The position numbers and the translations under genes were made by a program. The notes under the pieces are model-generated. The model was given only the letters and a program-made list of their open reading frames with translations, searched no databases and was not told the DNA's origin. From Bacillota bacterium (GTDB lineage Bacteria; Bacillota; Limnochordia; Darwinibacteriales; Darwinibacteriaceae), in the NCBI GenBank assembly GCA_030054835.1, contig JASGVS010000021.1, forward strand, positions 6,079-70,078: DNA of 64,000 nucleotides, read 5' to 3'. Below, one piece after another: positions 54,908 to 64,000 of the stretch (its first letter is position 1; the number at the start of each line of letters is the position of its first letter).

Positions 54908-57319
54908 TTGCCAAAATACAATCCACAAACAATAGAAAAGAAATGGCAGAATATCTGGGACAACGAGCAGGTTTTTCGCACCAGCGACGATCGCAGTAAG
55001 AAGAAATTCTATGCTCTGGTGGAGTTCCCCTATCCATCGGGGGAAGGCCTGCATGTGGGGCACCCACGCCCTTATACTGCCATGGACGTAGTCGCCCGTA
55101 AACGCCGCCTGGAAGGTTACAATGTCCTCTTCCCCATGGGTTGGGACGCCTTCGGACTGCCGGCGGAGAACTACGCCATTCAAACTAAGATCCATCCGTC
55201 AATTGTTACGGAGCAGAACATTGCCCGCTTTAAGCAGCAGCTGCAATCCTTAGGTTTTTCCTTTGATTGGTCCCGGACAGTGAACACTACTGATCCCCAC
55301 TATTTCAAGTGGACCCAGTGGATCTTCCTCAAGCTGTTCGAAAAGGGCCTTGCTTACAAAGCGGAAATGCCCATCAACTGGTGCCCCCGCTGTAAGATCG
55401 GCTTGGCCAATGAAGAAGTGGTGGACGGAGCCTGCGAGCGCTGTGGTAACGAAACGGAAGTCAGGGTGAAGAACCAGTGGATGCTGAAAATTACCGCTTA
55501 CGCCGAGCGGTTGATTGAAGATCTGGATCTGGTCGATTACATTGAACGGGTTAAAATCCAACAGCGCAACTGGATCGGCCGCTCCGAAGGGGCGGATGTA
55601 ACCTTCAAACTGAAAGATACCGCTGAAGAGCTGGTAGTCTTTACAACCAGGCCCGATACGTTGTTCGGCGCCACCTATATGGTCATTTCGCCTGAACATC
55701 CCATTTTGGCGAAGCTGCAGGATCGCATTACCAACATGGATGAAATCGAGGCTTACCAAAGGGAAGCTCGGAAAAAGACCGAATTCGAACGGGCCGAGTT
55801 GAACCAAGATAAAACGGGTGTGCCCGTGAAAGGCGTAACCGCTATCAATCCGGTTAATAACGAAGAGATTCCGGTTTGGATCTCCGACTACGTACTGATG
55901 AGCTACGGCACTGGAGCGATTATGGCTGTTCCCGGCCACGACCAGCGGGACTGGGAATTTGCTAAAGAGTTCGATCTGCCCATTATTGAAGTGGTCCAGG
56001 GCGGAGATGTGACCCAGGAGGCTTACACCGATACCCAGAGCGGAATAATGGTCAACTCGGGCTTCCTCAACGGATTGGAAGTAGCAGAGGCCCAGAAGAA
56101 GATTATTGCCTGGCTCGAGGAAAAGGGTCTCGGTACTCCTAAAGTCAACTACAAGCTGAGGGACTGGGTTTTCTCCAGACAGCGCTACTGGGGTGAACCG
56201 ATTCCCCTTGTTCACTGTAAAGAATGCGGCTGGGTCCCGGTTCCCGAGGAGGAACTGCCGGTACGCCTGCCCCAGGTGGCCAATTACGAGCCTACCGACA
56301 CTGGTGAATCGCCCCTGGCTAACATTAGGCATTGGGTAGAAACCAGCTGCCCCAAATGCGGTGGCCCGGCTGAGCGGGAAACGGATACCATGCCCCAGTG
56401 GGCCGGTTCTTCCTGGTACTTCCTGCGCTACACCGATCCCCATAACGATAACGAACTTGCGAGCCGGGAAAACCTTGATTACTGGCTGCCGGTGGATTGG
56501 TACAACGGTGGTATGGAGCACACAACCCTCCATCTTCTGTACAGCCGCTTCTGGCATAAATTCCTCTACGACATTGGGGTTGTCCCCGGTCCCGAGCCTT
56601 ACCAAAAGCGGACCAGCCACGGCATGATCTTGGGTGAAAACAATGAGAAGATGTCCAAGTCCAGGGGCAACGTGGTTAATCCCGATGACGTGGTGAACGA
56701 ATACGGAGCGGATACGCTGCGCATGTATGAGATGTTTATTGGCGACTTTGAAAAGAGCGTACCGTGGAGTACGGATGGGGTGCGGGGCTGCCGCCGCTTC
56801 CTAGACAGGGTCTGGAAACTGCAGCCCATGCTCGTGCGGGGTACAGCTTACAGCTCTGAACTGGAAACGCTCATGCATCAGACGATAAAAAAGGTAAGCA
56901 ATGACTACGAAGAACTCAAGTTCAACACAGCCATTGCCCAACTCATGACCTTCGTGAACGAAGTGTACCATCTGGGCCGGATCAATGAGGCGGAAATGAA
57001 AACCTTCCTGATTCTGCTCAACCCGGTTGCTCCCCACATTACGGAGGAGATCTGGGAAAGGCTCGGCTTTCCGGGCATGCTCAACGAACAGAGCTGGCCC
57101 ACTTACGACGAGGCCAAAACAATTGCCCAGACCATCGCCATCGGCGTCCAGGTTAACGGGCGAGTTCGGGGCGAGATCACGGTCAACATCGACGACCCGG
57201 TGGAAGTGGCTAGGCAAAAGGTGATGGAAAACGAAAACGTTCGCCGCATGATCGAAGGCAAACAGATTGTCAAAGAAATCTATGTTCCAGGCCGCATTTA
57301 CAACATCGTGGTAAAATAA
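54908..57319 (+). CDS. leuS: leucine--tRNA ligase
   Basis: 803 aa; HVGHPRPYT (HIGH), KMSKS present; N-terminus near-identical in pattern to B. subtilis LeuS; TTG start with AGGGAGG RBS. Confidence 0.95.
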   Translation: MPKYNPQTIEKKWQNIWDNEQVFRTSDDRSKKKFYALVEFPYPSGEGLHVGHPRPYTAMDVVARKRRLEGYNVLFPMGWDAFGLPAENYAIQTKIHPSIVTEQNIARFKQQLQSLGFSFDWSRTVNTTDPHYFKWTQWIFLKLFEKGLAYKAEMPINWCPRCKIGLANEEVVDGACERCGNETEVRVKNQWMLKITAYAERLIEDLDLVDYIERVKIQQRNWIGRSEGADVTFKLKDTAEELVVFTTRPDTLFGATYMVISPEHPILAKLQDRITNMDEIEAYQREARKKTEFERAELNQDKTGVPVKGVTAINPVNNEEIPVWISDYVLMSYGTGAIMAVPGHDQRDWEFAKEFDLPIIEVVQGGDVTQEAYTDTQSGIMVNSGFLNGLEVAEAQKKIIAWLEEKGLGTPKVNYKLRDWVFSRQRYWGEPIPLVHCKECGWVPVPEEELPVRLPQVANYEPTDTGESPLANIRHWVETSCPKCGGPAERETDTMPQWAGSSWYFLRYTDPHNDNELASRENLDYWLPVDWYNGGMEHTTLHLLYSRFWHKFLYDIGVVPGPEPYQKRTSHGMILGENNEKMSKSRGNVVNPDDVVNEYGADTLRMYEMFIGDFEKSVPWSTDGVRGCRRFLDRVWKLQPMLVRGTAYSSELETLMHQTIKKVSNDYEELKFNTAIAQLMTFVNEVYHLGRINEAEMKTFLILLNPVAPHITEEIWERLGFPGMLNEQSWPTYDEAKTIAQTIAIGVQVNGRVRGEITVNIDDPVEVARQKVMENENVRRMIEGKQIVKEIYVPGRIYNIVVK

Positions 57320-57370
57320 GAAAAGCAGTCCCGCAATGACTGCCACAGTGGAAATAACTAGAATATTCAG

Positions 57371-57403
57371 GAGCACCAATCCCAGCGGTTGGTGCTCTTT
57401 TCC
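57371..57403 (+). terminator. rho-independent terminator after leuS
   Basis: GAGCACCAA-TCCCAGCGG-TTGGTGCTC followed by TTTTCC. Confidence 0.85.
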
Positions 57404-57553
57404 TGCTATCTTCTCCCATCGACTCATATTTGGCTATCCACCGCTTTATGGTACGAAACACTCGATCGTCCCATAAAAAAACTCCCCCTGCCATAGACAA
57501 TTTTATCATCTCAACTGTCTACCACAAGGGGAGCAGATCAGAAGGGATCGTTT

Positions 57554-58150
57554 CTATTCTCGCAAGTAGCCTTTGGCAATGGCATCAACAAGCAAGCCCT
57601 CAACATACTCTCCCAGCTCCGGGCAGATCTCTGCCACCGGGGCCATACGCCTGCGAACCTGGTCGCTGGTGACAGGGTGCATCTTCCAGGTTCCCCCTCG
57701 GTTGAGGTAGTTGAGGAGAAAGGGTTGAACCCTATCCAGGCACGCGGCAAAACGAGCTTCCGCCGTTTTCCGCTCCTCAAATTCATGCCAGAGACCCCGA
57801 AGCTCTGCTTCTTGATCCGCAGGCAGTAAGCTGTAAAGCCGCTGGGCTGCTTCTTTTTCCCGGGCTTCCTTATCCTTAACCGCTTCTTCGTCGTAGCAGA
57901 ACGTATCTCCGGCATACACTTCCACCAGGTCGTGGATCAAAAGCATTTTGATCACTTTCTCCAGATCCACCGGTTCCTCCGCATACTCCCGCAGAAGTAC
58001 TGCCATGAGCGCAATATGCCAAGAGTGCTCTGCGTCGTTCTCCCGGCGGGAAGTATCGGCAATCAGGTTTTGGCGGTAAATCTGCTTCAGCTTATCAATT
58101 TCCATCACAAACTCAATTTGCTGCCTTAAGCGCTCTGGCACCAGCTCCAT
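57554..58150 (-). CDS. HD-domain phosphohydrolase (YfbR/YpgQ-like 5'-deoxynucleotidase)
   Basis: ENDAEHSWHIALMAVLL ... LIHDLVEVYAGD HD motif; ATG 58150 with AGGTGA RBS. Confidence 0.8.
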   Translation of the reverse strand: MELVPERLRQQIEFVMEIDKLKQIYRQNLIADTSRRENDAEHSWHIALMAVLLREYAEEPVDLEKVIKMLLIHDLVEVYAGDTFCYDEEAVKDKEAREKEAAQRLYSLLPADQEAELRGLWHEFEERKTAEARFAACLDRVQPFLLNYLNRGGTWKMHPVTSDQVRRRMAPVAEICPELGEYVEGLLVDAIAKGYLRE

Positions 58151-58167
58151 AACAATCACCTAGCTTT

Positions 58168-58947
58168 TCAACCCTTTAACCACTCTGTGGGAATGGGCTC
58201 TTTGTCCAAAAACAAATCCGGCTCCCTTTTCAAAAACTCCAACGTCAAATCACACATGGGCTTAATGTCAATAAGAATGCTTTTAGCATCGCCAATTTTT
58301 CCTTCCACTGCAATGCCCAACTCCAGCAGGGGTTTGGTGAGTTTCACGTAATTCTCGTGAATGTTTGGAACGGGTGCGCCGTGCCTTCTCATGGGCCGAT
58401 CAATCAGCCTACCATCTGGAGTGCGGACTTGCAGCGCTTGAGGGGCAGTCAAGCGATTAGTAATGTTGGCCCATTCTTCCACCCCATGGATAATAGTATT
58501 TCGGTTCAGCTCTACGCCTAAGAAGAGCACCCTAGCCCCCCGATCATAGAGCTTGCCGTAGCAGCCCTCGCGAGCGCATGGACTATCAAAGCGTTCTTCA
58601 CCCTGGATAAACTCCTCTGCACCTTGGCCCAAGGCCGCCAGCGAGTGGGTGGGATGCCAAGAACGCACAACGCCTGGTCGTTTGCGGAAAAGTTCAGTGA
58701 GAATACCCACACAAGATGGTTCGTTTTCCACGTCAAACACTCTGTATTGGTCGTTCATCTGTGCCCAAGTATGGGTGGGTAAAACCAAAAGACCCTGGGA
58801 TAAGTACTCACTAAAGGCGTCTAATACAGTATCTGCTCCCCCGTCCACCTCACCAACCGCTTTCATGGAGGAGTGTATTAGGAGCGTGTCTGTGGGCCTA
58901 AGTCCCAATTCACGCAGGTGGTTAATCAAGTCTTGTTTGCTGTACAT
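58168..58947 (-). CDS. AAC(3)-family aminoglycoside N-acetyltransferase-like protein (YokD-like)
   Basis: Antibiotic_NAT fold N-terminus (LINHLRELGLRPTDTLLIHSSMKAVGEVDGGADTVLDAF); ATG 58947 with AAAGAGGGAG RBS. Confidence 0.75.
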   Translation of the reverse strand: MYSKQDLINHLRELGLRPTDTLLIHSSMKAVGEVDGGADTVLDAFSEYLSQGLLVLPTHTWAQMNDQYRVFDVENEPSCVGILTELFRKRPGVVRSWHPTHSLAALGQGAEEFIQGEERFDSPCAREGCYGKLYDRGARVLFLGVELNRNTIIHGVEEWANITNRLTAPQALQVRTPDGRLIDRPMRRHGAPVPNIHENYVKLTKPLLELGIAVEGKIGDAKSILIDIKPMCDLTLEFLKREPDLFLDKEPIPTEWLKG

Positions 58948-59020
58948 ATGCTGCTCCCTCTTTTCCAATTGATACAAATACCCTTGGTACGCATTTGGAT
59001 TGTCTGTTTTGGATTATAGC

Positions 59021-59617
59021 TTAAGGCCTGATGACCTTCGTGGCCTCCATTTGGCTTTGGGCTATCTCGTACATATTGGTGACAGAACCCACTCCCAGCT
59101 CAGATTTGAGCTGGTAAAAATCCAAGCATGTACCACAACTAAGGATTTCCACTCCCTGTTCGGCCAACTTCTTCAGGTCGGCTAAACTGTCCGAACCCTC
59201 AACTGCCAGCTTCACTCCCCCATTATACAACAAAACCTTGCTGGGTAACTGGGGAAGTTCCGTGAGGGCATAAACAAAGGATTTCATCAGAATCTTACCC
59301 AACTCAGGATCGCCCGCCCCCATCTCGTTCGCAGAGATAACCACAACCGTCTTGTCCCCTTGTCCCGCGGAGCTGGGCGACTCCTGCCCTGCTTCTTGTG
59401 GGCCATCGACCATGATGGTGATCACATGCTGATCCGCGCTAACCGTCTTCAGCTCATAGCTGAGGGCCATCTGCTTGGCCATCTTCTCCAGGTTCTGCAG
59501 GGCAATCTCGTTATCTACAATAACCTCCAGCACACCTTCCGTGTTTTGCAGTGCTTTTTTCGCTTCAATAACCGGCAGGGGACAGTCTAAACCTCTGGCA
59601 TCAACTGTTTTTTTCAT
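59021..59617 (-). CDS. yedF: selenium metabolism protein YedF (TusA-like + DsrE/DsrF-like domains)
   Basis: N-terminal TusA motif [11 protein letters not shown] and C-terminal DsrE-like domain; 4-nt overlap with selD. Confidence 0.8.
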   Translation of the reverse strand: MKKTVDARGLDCPLPVIEAKKALQNTEGVLEVIVDNEIALQNLEKMAKQMALSYELKTVSADQHVITIMVDGPQEAGQESPSSAGQGDKTVVVISANEMGAGDPELGKILMKSFVYALTELPQLPSKVLLYNGGVKLAVEGSDSLADLKKLAEQGVEILSCGTCLDFYQLKSELGVGSVTNMYEIAQSQMEATKVIRP

Positions 59618-60636
59618 CGCACCATAATCTCCTTTGCTTTCCTTTCCACGATCTCGCCCACAATCGCAGCAGGGAGATCTAACTTACTCAGCTCCGCCAC
59701 TAACTCTTCCCCAACTGCCCTAGGGACGCTTACCAACAGCCCTCCTGAGGTTTGGGGATCCAAAAGGAGCTCCTCCATGGCAAACTCCACATTGGATCCA
59801 AAATCAAGATAGTTCGCCAAATGGTTGCGGTTCCGTTGGGCTGCCCCAGTGATCAAAAACTCCGCCGCATATTCCAGTGCTTCAGGAATATGTGGAATCT
59901 GCTCTGTATAAACCACCGCCGAGACTTCCCCTAACATTTCGTGGAGATGGCCCAAAAAGGCAAATCCGGTCACATCGGTTGAGGCGTGGACTGGAAACTT
60001 ACGGATTATCTCAGCTGCGTATTTGTTCAAGGTTGTCATGGACTTAACCGCCTGCTCCATGGCCTGTGGCGAAGCTTCACCCACGCGCTCAGCGGTGCAC
60101 ACTATCCCTACGCCAAGGGGTTTGGTTAGAATCAAGACATCGCCAGGCCGGGCGCCCCTGTTGGTGTAAACCTGTTTGGGATGCACAATTCCAGTCACAG
60201 ACAGGCCGTATTTCACATCCACATCGGTGATGGAATGGCCGCCGGCCAAGACTGCGCCTGCTTCCACCACTTTTTCACTGCCGCCTCGCAGCACTTGACC
60301 TAAGATTTCCACATCCATTTTCGCAGGAAAGCAAACAATATTGAGCGCTGTTTTGGGCTCGGCACCCATGGCGTAAATATCGCTCAGGGAATTGGCCGCA
60401 GCAATCTGACCGAACAGATAAGGGTCTTCCACCATGGGCGGGAAGAAGTCCAAAGTCTGAACAATAGCTAAGTCCTCGGTAAGCTGGTACACTGCAGCGT
60501 CGTCGGCATGCTCAAATCCCACGAGAAAATTGGGGTCCGCAACCCTAGGCAGTCTAGCTAAAATGTCTTCCAGGACCGCCGGTCCAAGTTTAGCTGCTCA
60601 ACCACCGCCTGTGCAGAAACGAATCTCGTCACTCAT
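59614..60636 (-). CDS. selD: selenide, water dikinase SelD, selenocysteine-containing (in-frame UGA at 60598-60600)
   Basis: ATG 60636 (RBS GTGAGGTGAG) gives [26 protein letters not shown]...[20 protein letters not shown], the canonical SelD N-terminus with Sec replacing Cys; ORF track only shows the part after the UGA. Confidence 0.85.
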
Positions 60637-60647
60637 CACAGCTCACC

Positions 60648-60899
60648 TCACTTCAGTTCCACAAGCCGTTCGTACTTCAAACCTAGTTTCTGGGCTTGCT
60701 CTAAAAGCCTGTTCCTATCTTCCGGCCCAATCAGCCAGGCCAAACCGCACTGGGCACTTATGGCCACGGGCATGGGTATCAACCTGCCTGGCAGGCCCAG
60801 CTCTTTACATGCCCGTTCAAAAGCCATGGCCTCAGTTGTGCTGTGAAAGGTAAGCACAGCCTGCACCTCAGCCATCTCCTTCCGGTCCGTATTCTTCAC
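60648..60899 (-). CDS. DUF3343-family small protein (putative Se/S relay protein)
   Basis: ~80 aa, pattern seen next to yedE/yedF genes; start GTG 60899 or ATG 60875 uncertain. Confidence 0.6.
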   Translation of the reverse strand: MKNTDRKEMAEVQAVLTFHSTTEAMAFERACKELGLPGRLIPMPVAISAQCGLAWLIGPEDRNRLLEQAQKLGLKYERLVELK

Positions 60900-62025
60900 T
60901 GATCTCTGCCAGGGCTTGTACTGCCACTTCCAGCTCCGCTTTGCTGTTGAAATGGGAAAAACTAAAACGGACCAATCCCGTTTTATCCGTCTGCAGTGCC
61001 CGGTGCATTAGGGGGGCACAGTGCCCACCGGAACGGGTGGCAATATTGTATTTCTCCGCCAGAAGCTGACTCAAAAAGCTGGAATCCACACCGGCAATAT
61101 TGAGGGCCACAATTGGGCAGCGCTCCTGGTCCGTGAAATCACCGTAGACGGTCACTCCAGGGATTTCCTTCACCTCTGCAAAGAAAAATTGGGTTAGCTC
61201 CCCTTCAACCTTCCGCACGTGAGCCAGTCCTACCTCCCGCAGATAACGCACTCCTGCGGCTAAACCTGCAACCCCTGGGGTATTCAGAGTACCCGCCTCC
61301 AGTGCTTCGGGCATAGTCTCGGGATGGGTTTTGGAAAAGGTCTTAATTCCACTTCCGCCCGTTTTTAGGGGACGTAGTTTTAAGCCTGGCCGCACATAAA
61401 TCCCGCCCACTCCTTGGGGACCCAATAGGGCCTTATGCCCTGTGAAACAGAGGATGTCAATGGGCTGTTTAGTTAGGTTATAAGGATACCAGCCTGCAGT
61501 TTGGGCCCCATCTATGATTGAAACCAATCTCTGACGCTGACAAAAATCTAATACATAATCCAAATCAATGACATTGCCTGTCACGTTGGAGGCGTGGGTA
61601 CAGACAACCGCTTTAGTGTTGGGCTGGCTAGCTGCAGCTAAAGCGCTAAAATCCACTCTGCCCTGGTAATCGGCGGGTAAAACGGTTACTTCCACGCCCC
61701 TTTTCTGCAGAAGATAAAGGGGTCTGAGCACGCTGTTATGCTCCAGCTCAGTTGTGACCACATGATCCCCCGGCTCCAACAGACCCAGCAGGGCCATATT
61801 TAAACTCTCGGTGGCGTTGGCAGAAAAGGCAATTTGGCTGGGATCGGAAGCGCCAAAAAACTCGGCCAACTCCCAGCGGGCTTGATAGATCAGCCTACTT
61901 GCCGCAAGGCTCATCCCATGGACTCCCCGCCCGCTGTTGCCCGCCGTTGCGAGGGCAGAACAGACTGCCTCAATAACGGCGGCAGGCTTGGGATAGGATG
62001 TGGCTGCTTGATCAAGGTATATCAC
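60868..62025 (-). CDS. class-V aminotransferase-fold cysteine desulfurase / selenocysteine lyase-like protein
   Basis: MIYLDQAATSYPKP N-terminus, PLP-Lys region FTGHKALLGPQGVGGIYV, conserved C-terminal Cys (GGHCAPL); GTG start with AAGGAAAAGGGGGG RBS. Confidence 0.85.
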   Translation of the reverse strand: MIYLDQAATSYPKPAAVIEAVCSALATAGNSGRGVHGMSLAASRLIYQARWELAEFFGASDPSQIAFSANATESLNMALLGLLEPGDHVVTTELEHNSVLRPLYLLQKRGVEVTVLPADYQGRVDFSALAAASQPNTKAVVCTHASNVTGNVIDLDYVLDFCQRQRLVSIIDGAQTAGWYPYNLTKQPIDILCFTGHKALLGPQGVGGIYVRPGLKLRPLKTGGSGIKTFSKTHPETMPEALEAGTLNTPGVAGLAAGVRYLREVGLAHVRKVEGELTQFFFAEVKEIPGVTVYGDFTDQERCPIVALNIAGVDSSFLSQLLAEKYNIATRSGGHCAPLMHRALQTDKTGLVRFSFSHFNSKAELEVAVQALAEISEEYGPEGDG

Positions 62026-62044
62026 ACCCAGCCCCCCTTTTCCT

Positions 62045-63661
62045 TTACCAAACTACTACTGCACCGTCAATCCTGGGCTCGGTAGCCCCTACCAACACGT
62101 CTCTGTCCCTGAACACGATCTGACCCCTGCCGTAACCCACGTTTTCTTTCGTCACGGTCACTTCGTGGCCCCGCTTCACCAAACCGTTAATGATCTCCGC
62201 CGGCAGAGTGTTCTCCAAATTGACCTTTCTTCCCCGCATCCACTGCCAGCGGGGCGCATCCAAGGCTGCCTGGGGGTTATGGGCAAAGTCGACGAGGTTC
62301 ATCACAACCTGGACATGCCCTTGGGGCTGCATAAACCCACCCATGACGCCAAAGGGACCCACAGGCTGGCCGTCCTTGCTGAGGAAGCCGGGAATAATTG
62401 TATGGTAGGGACGTTTGTTAGGCTCTAGGCAGTTATCATGCTCGGGATCGAAGGAGAAGTTGTGGCCGCGGTTGTGCAGGGCAATACCGGTACCTGGCAC
62501 AACCATACCCGAGCCAAAACCGTTGTAATTGCTTTGAATGAGGGAAACCATGTTTCCTTCTCCATCGGCTGCAGCCAGATAAACGGTACCGCCGTCCTGT
62601 TCCCTGCTGGGCAGGGGTTCCAGGGCCCGTTCCCCAATTCTTCTGCGCCTCTCGGCGGCCCAATCGTCTGAAAGCAGCTCTTCCACTGTCACCTTCATCT
62701 TCTTTGGATCGGTCACATAGCGCTGGGCGTCCTCAAAGGCCAGCTTGATCGCCTCAATCTGCCGGTGATATGTTACAACATCGTTCTTCTCAGTGAAGTC
62801 AAAGCCCTTTAGGATGTTGAGCGCCATCAAGGCCACAATCCCCTGACCGTTAGGCGGTATTTCCCAAACCTCATAACCCCTGTAATCCACCGAGATAGGA
62901 TCCACCCATTCAACGTCAAAACGGCTCAGATCCTCTCCCCGCAGGTAGCCGCCGTGCTGCCGGGAAAAGGCGTCGATTTTCTCCGACAACTCACCGCTGT
63001 AAAAGGCCTCTGCACCCGTTGCCGCAATCAAAGCTAATGTCTCTGCATGATGGGGCAGCCTAACAATTTCACCTGGCATGGGCGCCCTGCCGCCGGGAGC
63101 GAACGTGTCAAACCAAGGTTTGAATTCTTCTCCCTTATACCGGCTGTAAACTTGAGCCGCCCGCTGCCAGCCCCTGCTCAAGAGGTTAGAAACGGCATAG
63201 CCTTCTGCGGCGTAGTTAACAGCCGGGGCAAACACATCTGTTAGGGGCAGTCTACCAAAGCGCTTAGATAGGGCAGCCCAGCCGGCCGGGGCACCCGGCA
63301 CATTCACCGGAGCCAAACCATAGCGCGGTATTTCCTTATGTCCCGCTTGCTTTAGTCTATCAATGGAAATGAGCTCAGGGGAAGGCCCACTGGCATTTAA
63401 CCCGTACAGCTCGCCTTCGAAATGGACTATGGCGAACAGATCACCGCCAATACCGTTGGAAGTAGGTTCGCACACTGTTAAACAGGCGGCAGCAGCTAAT
63501 GCTGCATCCACAGCGTTGCCTCCCCGTTTCAGCATGTCCATTCCCGCCATGGCTGCAAAGCGATTGGACGTGGCAACCATGCCCCTGCGTCCGTAGGCGG
63601 GATAGCGGAAACTAGGATACGCTTGCCCTATATCATGGAAATTCATATTAATTGGACTCAC
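62045..63661 (-). CDS. ggt: gamma-glutamyltranspeptidase
   Basis: GGT family blocks (GNAVDAALAAAACLTVCEP, catalytic Thr in GGTVYLAAAD, GMVVPGTGIALHNRG); start GTG 63661 or ATG 63646. Confidence 0.88.
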   Translation of the reverse strand: MSPINMNFHDIGQAYPSFRYPAYGRRGMVATSNRFAAMAGMDMLKRGGNAVDAALAAAACLTVCEPTSNGIGGDLFAIVHFEGELYGLNASGPSPELISIDRLKQAGHKEIPRYGLAPVNVPGAPAGWAALSKRFGRLPLTDVFAPAVNYAAEGYAVSNLLSRGWQRAAQVYSRYKGEEFKPWFDTFAPGGRAPMPGEIVRLPHHAETLALIAATGAEAFYSGELSEKIDAFSRQHGGYLRGEDLSRFDVEWVDPISVDYRGYEVWEIPPNGQGIVALMALNILKGFDFTEKNDVVTYHRQIEAIKLAFEDAQRYVTDPKKMKVTVEELLSDDWAAERRRRIGERALEPLPSREQDGGTVYLAAADGEGNMVSLIQSNYNGFGSGMVVPGTGIALHNRGHNFSFDPEHDNCLEPNKRPYHTIIPGFLSKDGQPVGPFGVMGGFMQPQGHVQVVMNLVDFAHNPQAALDAPRWQWMRGRKVNLENTLPAEIINGLVKRGHEVTVTKENVGYGRGQIVFRDRDVLVGATEPRIDGAVVVW

Positions 63662-64000
63662 TCCTTGCCAGGCCCCTTCTGAAATCGCTAAGGGCCGGGT
63701 TGGTATACAGAGAACGGAGATACCAGCCTGCCAGAATCAGGCCCTTGAATATACTGGTTATACTCACCGCCCACCAGACTCCCTTAAGCCCAAGGGAGGT
63801 TGCGGACAATAACAGTGCACCGGGAATCCGCAGGGCGTTAAAGGTAATACTGATAATCGCCGGCGGGGCCGTCCTGCCCTGCCCGATGAAAGCCCCTGCC
63901 GTCAGGATTTCAACCGCCATCCAGAACTGGGAAACGCTGAGGATGCGCAGATAAACAACGCCTAGGGCAATCGCTTCCGCTTCCGGGATAAAAATGGCAA
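63648..64000 (-). CDS. C-terminal part of a polytopic membrane protein (MATE/MOP-superfamily-like), 5' end outside window
   Basis: Hydrophobic helices (GVWWAVSITSIFKGLILAGWYL); reading frame continues to window edge. Confidence 0.4.
   Translation of the reverse strand, partial: AIFIPEAEAIALGVVYLRILSVSQFWMAVEILTAGAFIGQGRTAPPAIISITFNALRIPGALLLSATSLGLKGVWWAVSITSIFKGLILAGWYLRSLYTNPALSDFRRGLARSESN

Noticed and set aside
1-64000. CRISPR arrays, IS elements, integrases or phage blocks
   Set aside because: No direct-repeat/spacer periodicity, terminal inverted repeats, transposase or integrase motifs were seen. The short repeats found (GTACAAG x2 at 29575-29592, IRs near 44660) are isolated.

Overview
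This 64 kb window reads as chromosomal DNA from a spore-forming Firmicute (class Clostridia-like, about 55% GC). That assignment rests on tandem Tlp-type spore proteins, a Bacillus-like 803-aa LeuRS behind a T-box leader, a ydaO-type c-di-AMP riboswitch, and a feoABC operon with a Fur box. It is densely coding with mostly housekeeping and accessory content.

In window order the main blocks are:
- an Opp/Dpp-type peptide ABC transporter (partial at the 5' edge), a lipoprotein, and a DUF1028-deaminase-HAD operon;
- a GNAT acetyltransferase, purB, a methyl-accepting chemotaxis protein with a periplasmic CZB-like motif, and a GGDEF(degenerate)-EAL protein;
- a DUF2207 membrane protein divergent from a secreted transglutaminase-like protein, an AEC-family transporter, and feoA-feoB-feoC;
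- a proline catabolism unit: a heteromeric archaeal-PDH/sarcosine-oxidase-like FAD dehydrogenase (fused 2Fe-2S/FAD-NAD/4Fe-4S/BFD alpha subunit plus beta subunit) followed by P5C dehydrogenase, then a TIM-barrel isomerase and an EAL-HDOD protein;
- RNase Z, then an ARE-like ABC-F ATPase downstream of tRNA-Arg(CCT) with a mini-uORF and terminator leader;
- a cNMP-binding/DUF2225 fusion, 2-oxoacid:ferredoxin oxidoreductase alpha and beta, rubrerythrin and flavoredoxin, a PD-(D/E)XK-like protein and an ArsB/NhaD-type permease;
- a ten-gene Mrp/Mbh-type cation:proton antiporter module with three NuoL-like subunits and Mbh-like gene order, preceded by the c-di-AMP riboswitch;
- leuS, an HD hydrolase, an AAC(3)-family acetyltransferase, and a selenium-utilisation cluster (YedF, a SelD that is itself a selenoprotein with in-frame UGA plus SECIS, DUF3343, a class-V desulfurase) next to gamma-glutamyltranspeptidase and a partial membrane protein at the 3' edge.

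The most unusual element is a seven-gene minus-strand cluster at 28191-35261. All seven products carry Sec signal peptides. It encodes a short secretin (two N-domains plus secretin domain), a predicted outer-membrane beta-barrel ending in a C-terminal Phe, and five secreted beta-sandwich proteins that share a C-terminal 'Y-x-G-x-I-x-L-x-V'-type strand motif. The B-C-D-E genes are tightly coupled translationally with repeated GGGGGA-N6-GTG starts. There is no prepilin, ATPase, chaperone or usher, and a c-di-GMP EAL-HDOD gene lies just downstream. This looks like an undescribed secretin-dependent surface fibre or adhesin module, in an organism whose other genes look like those of a spore-forming Firmicute.
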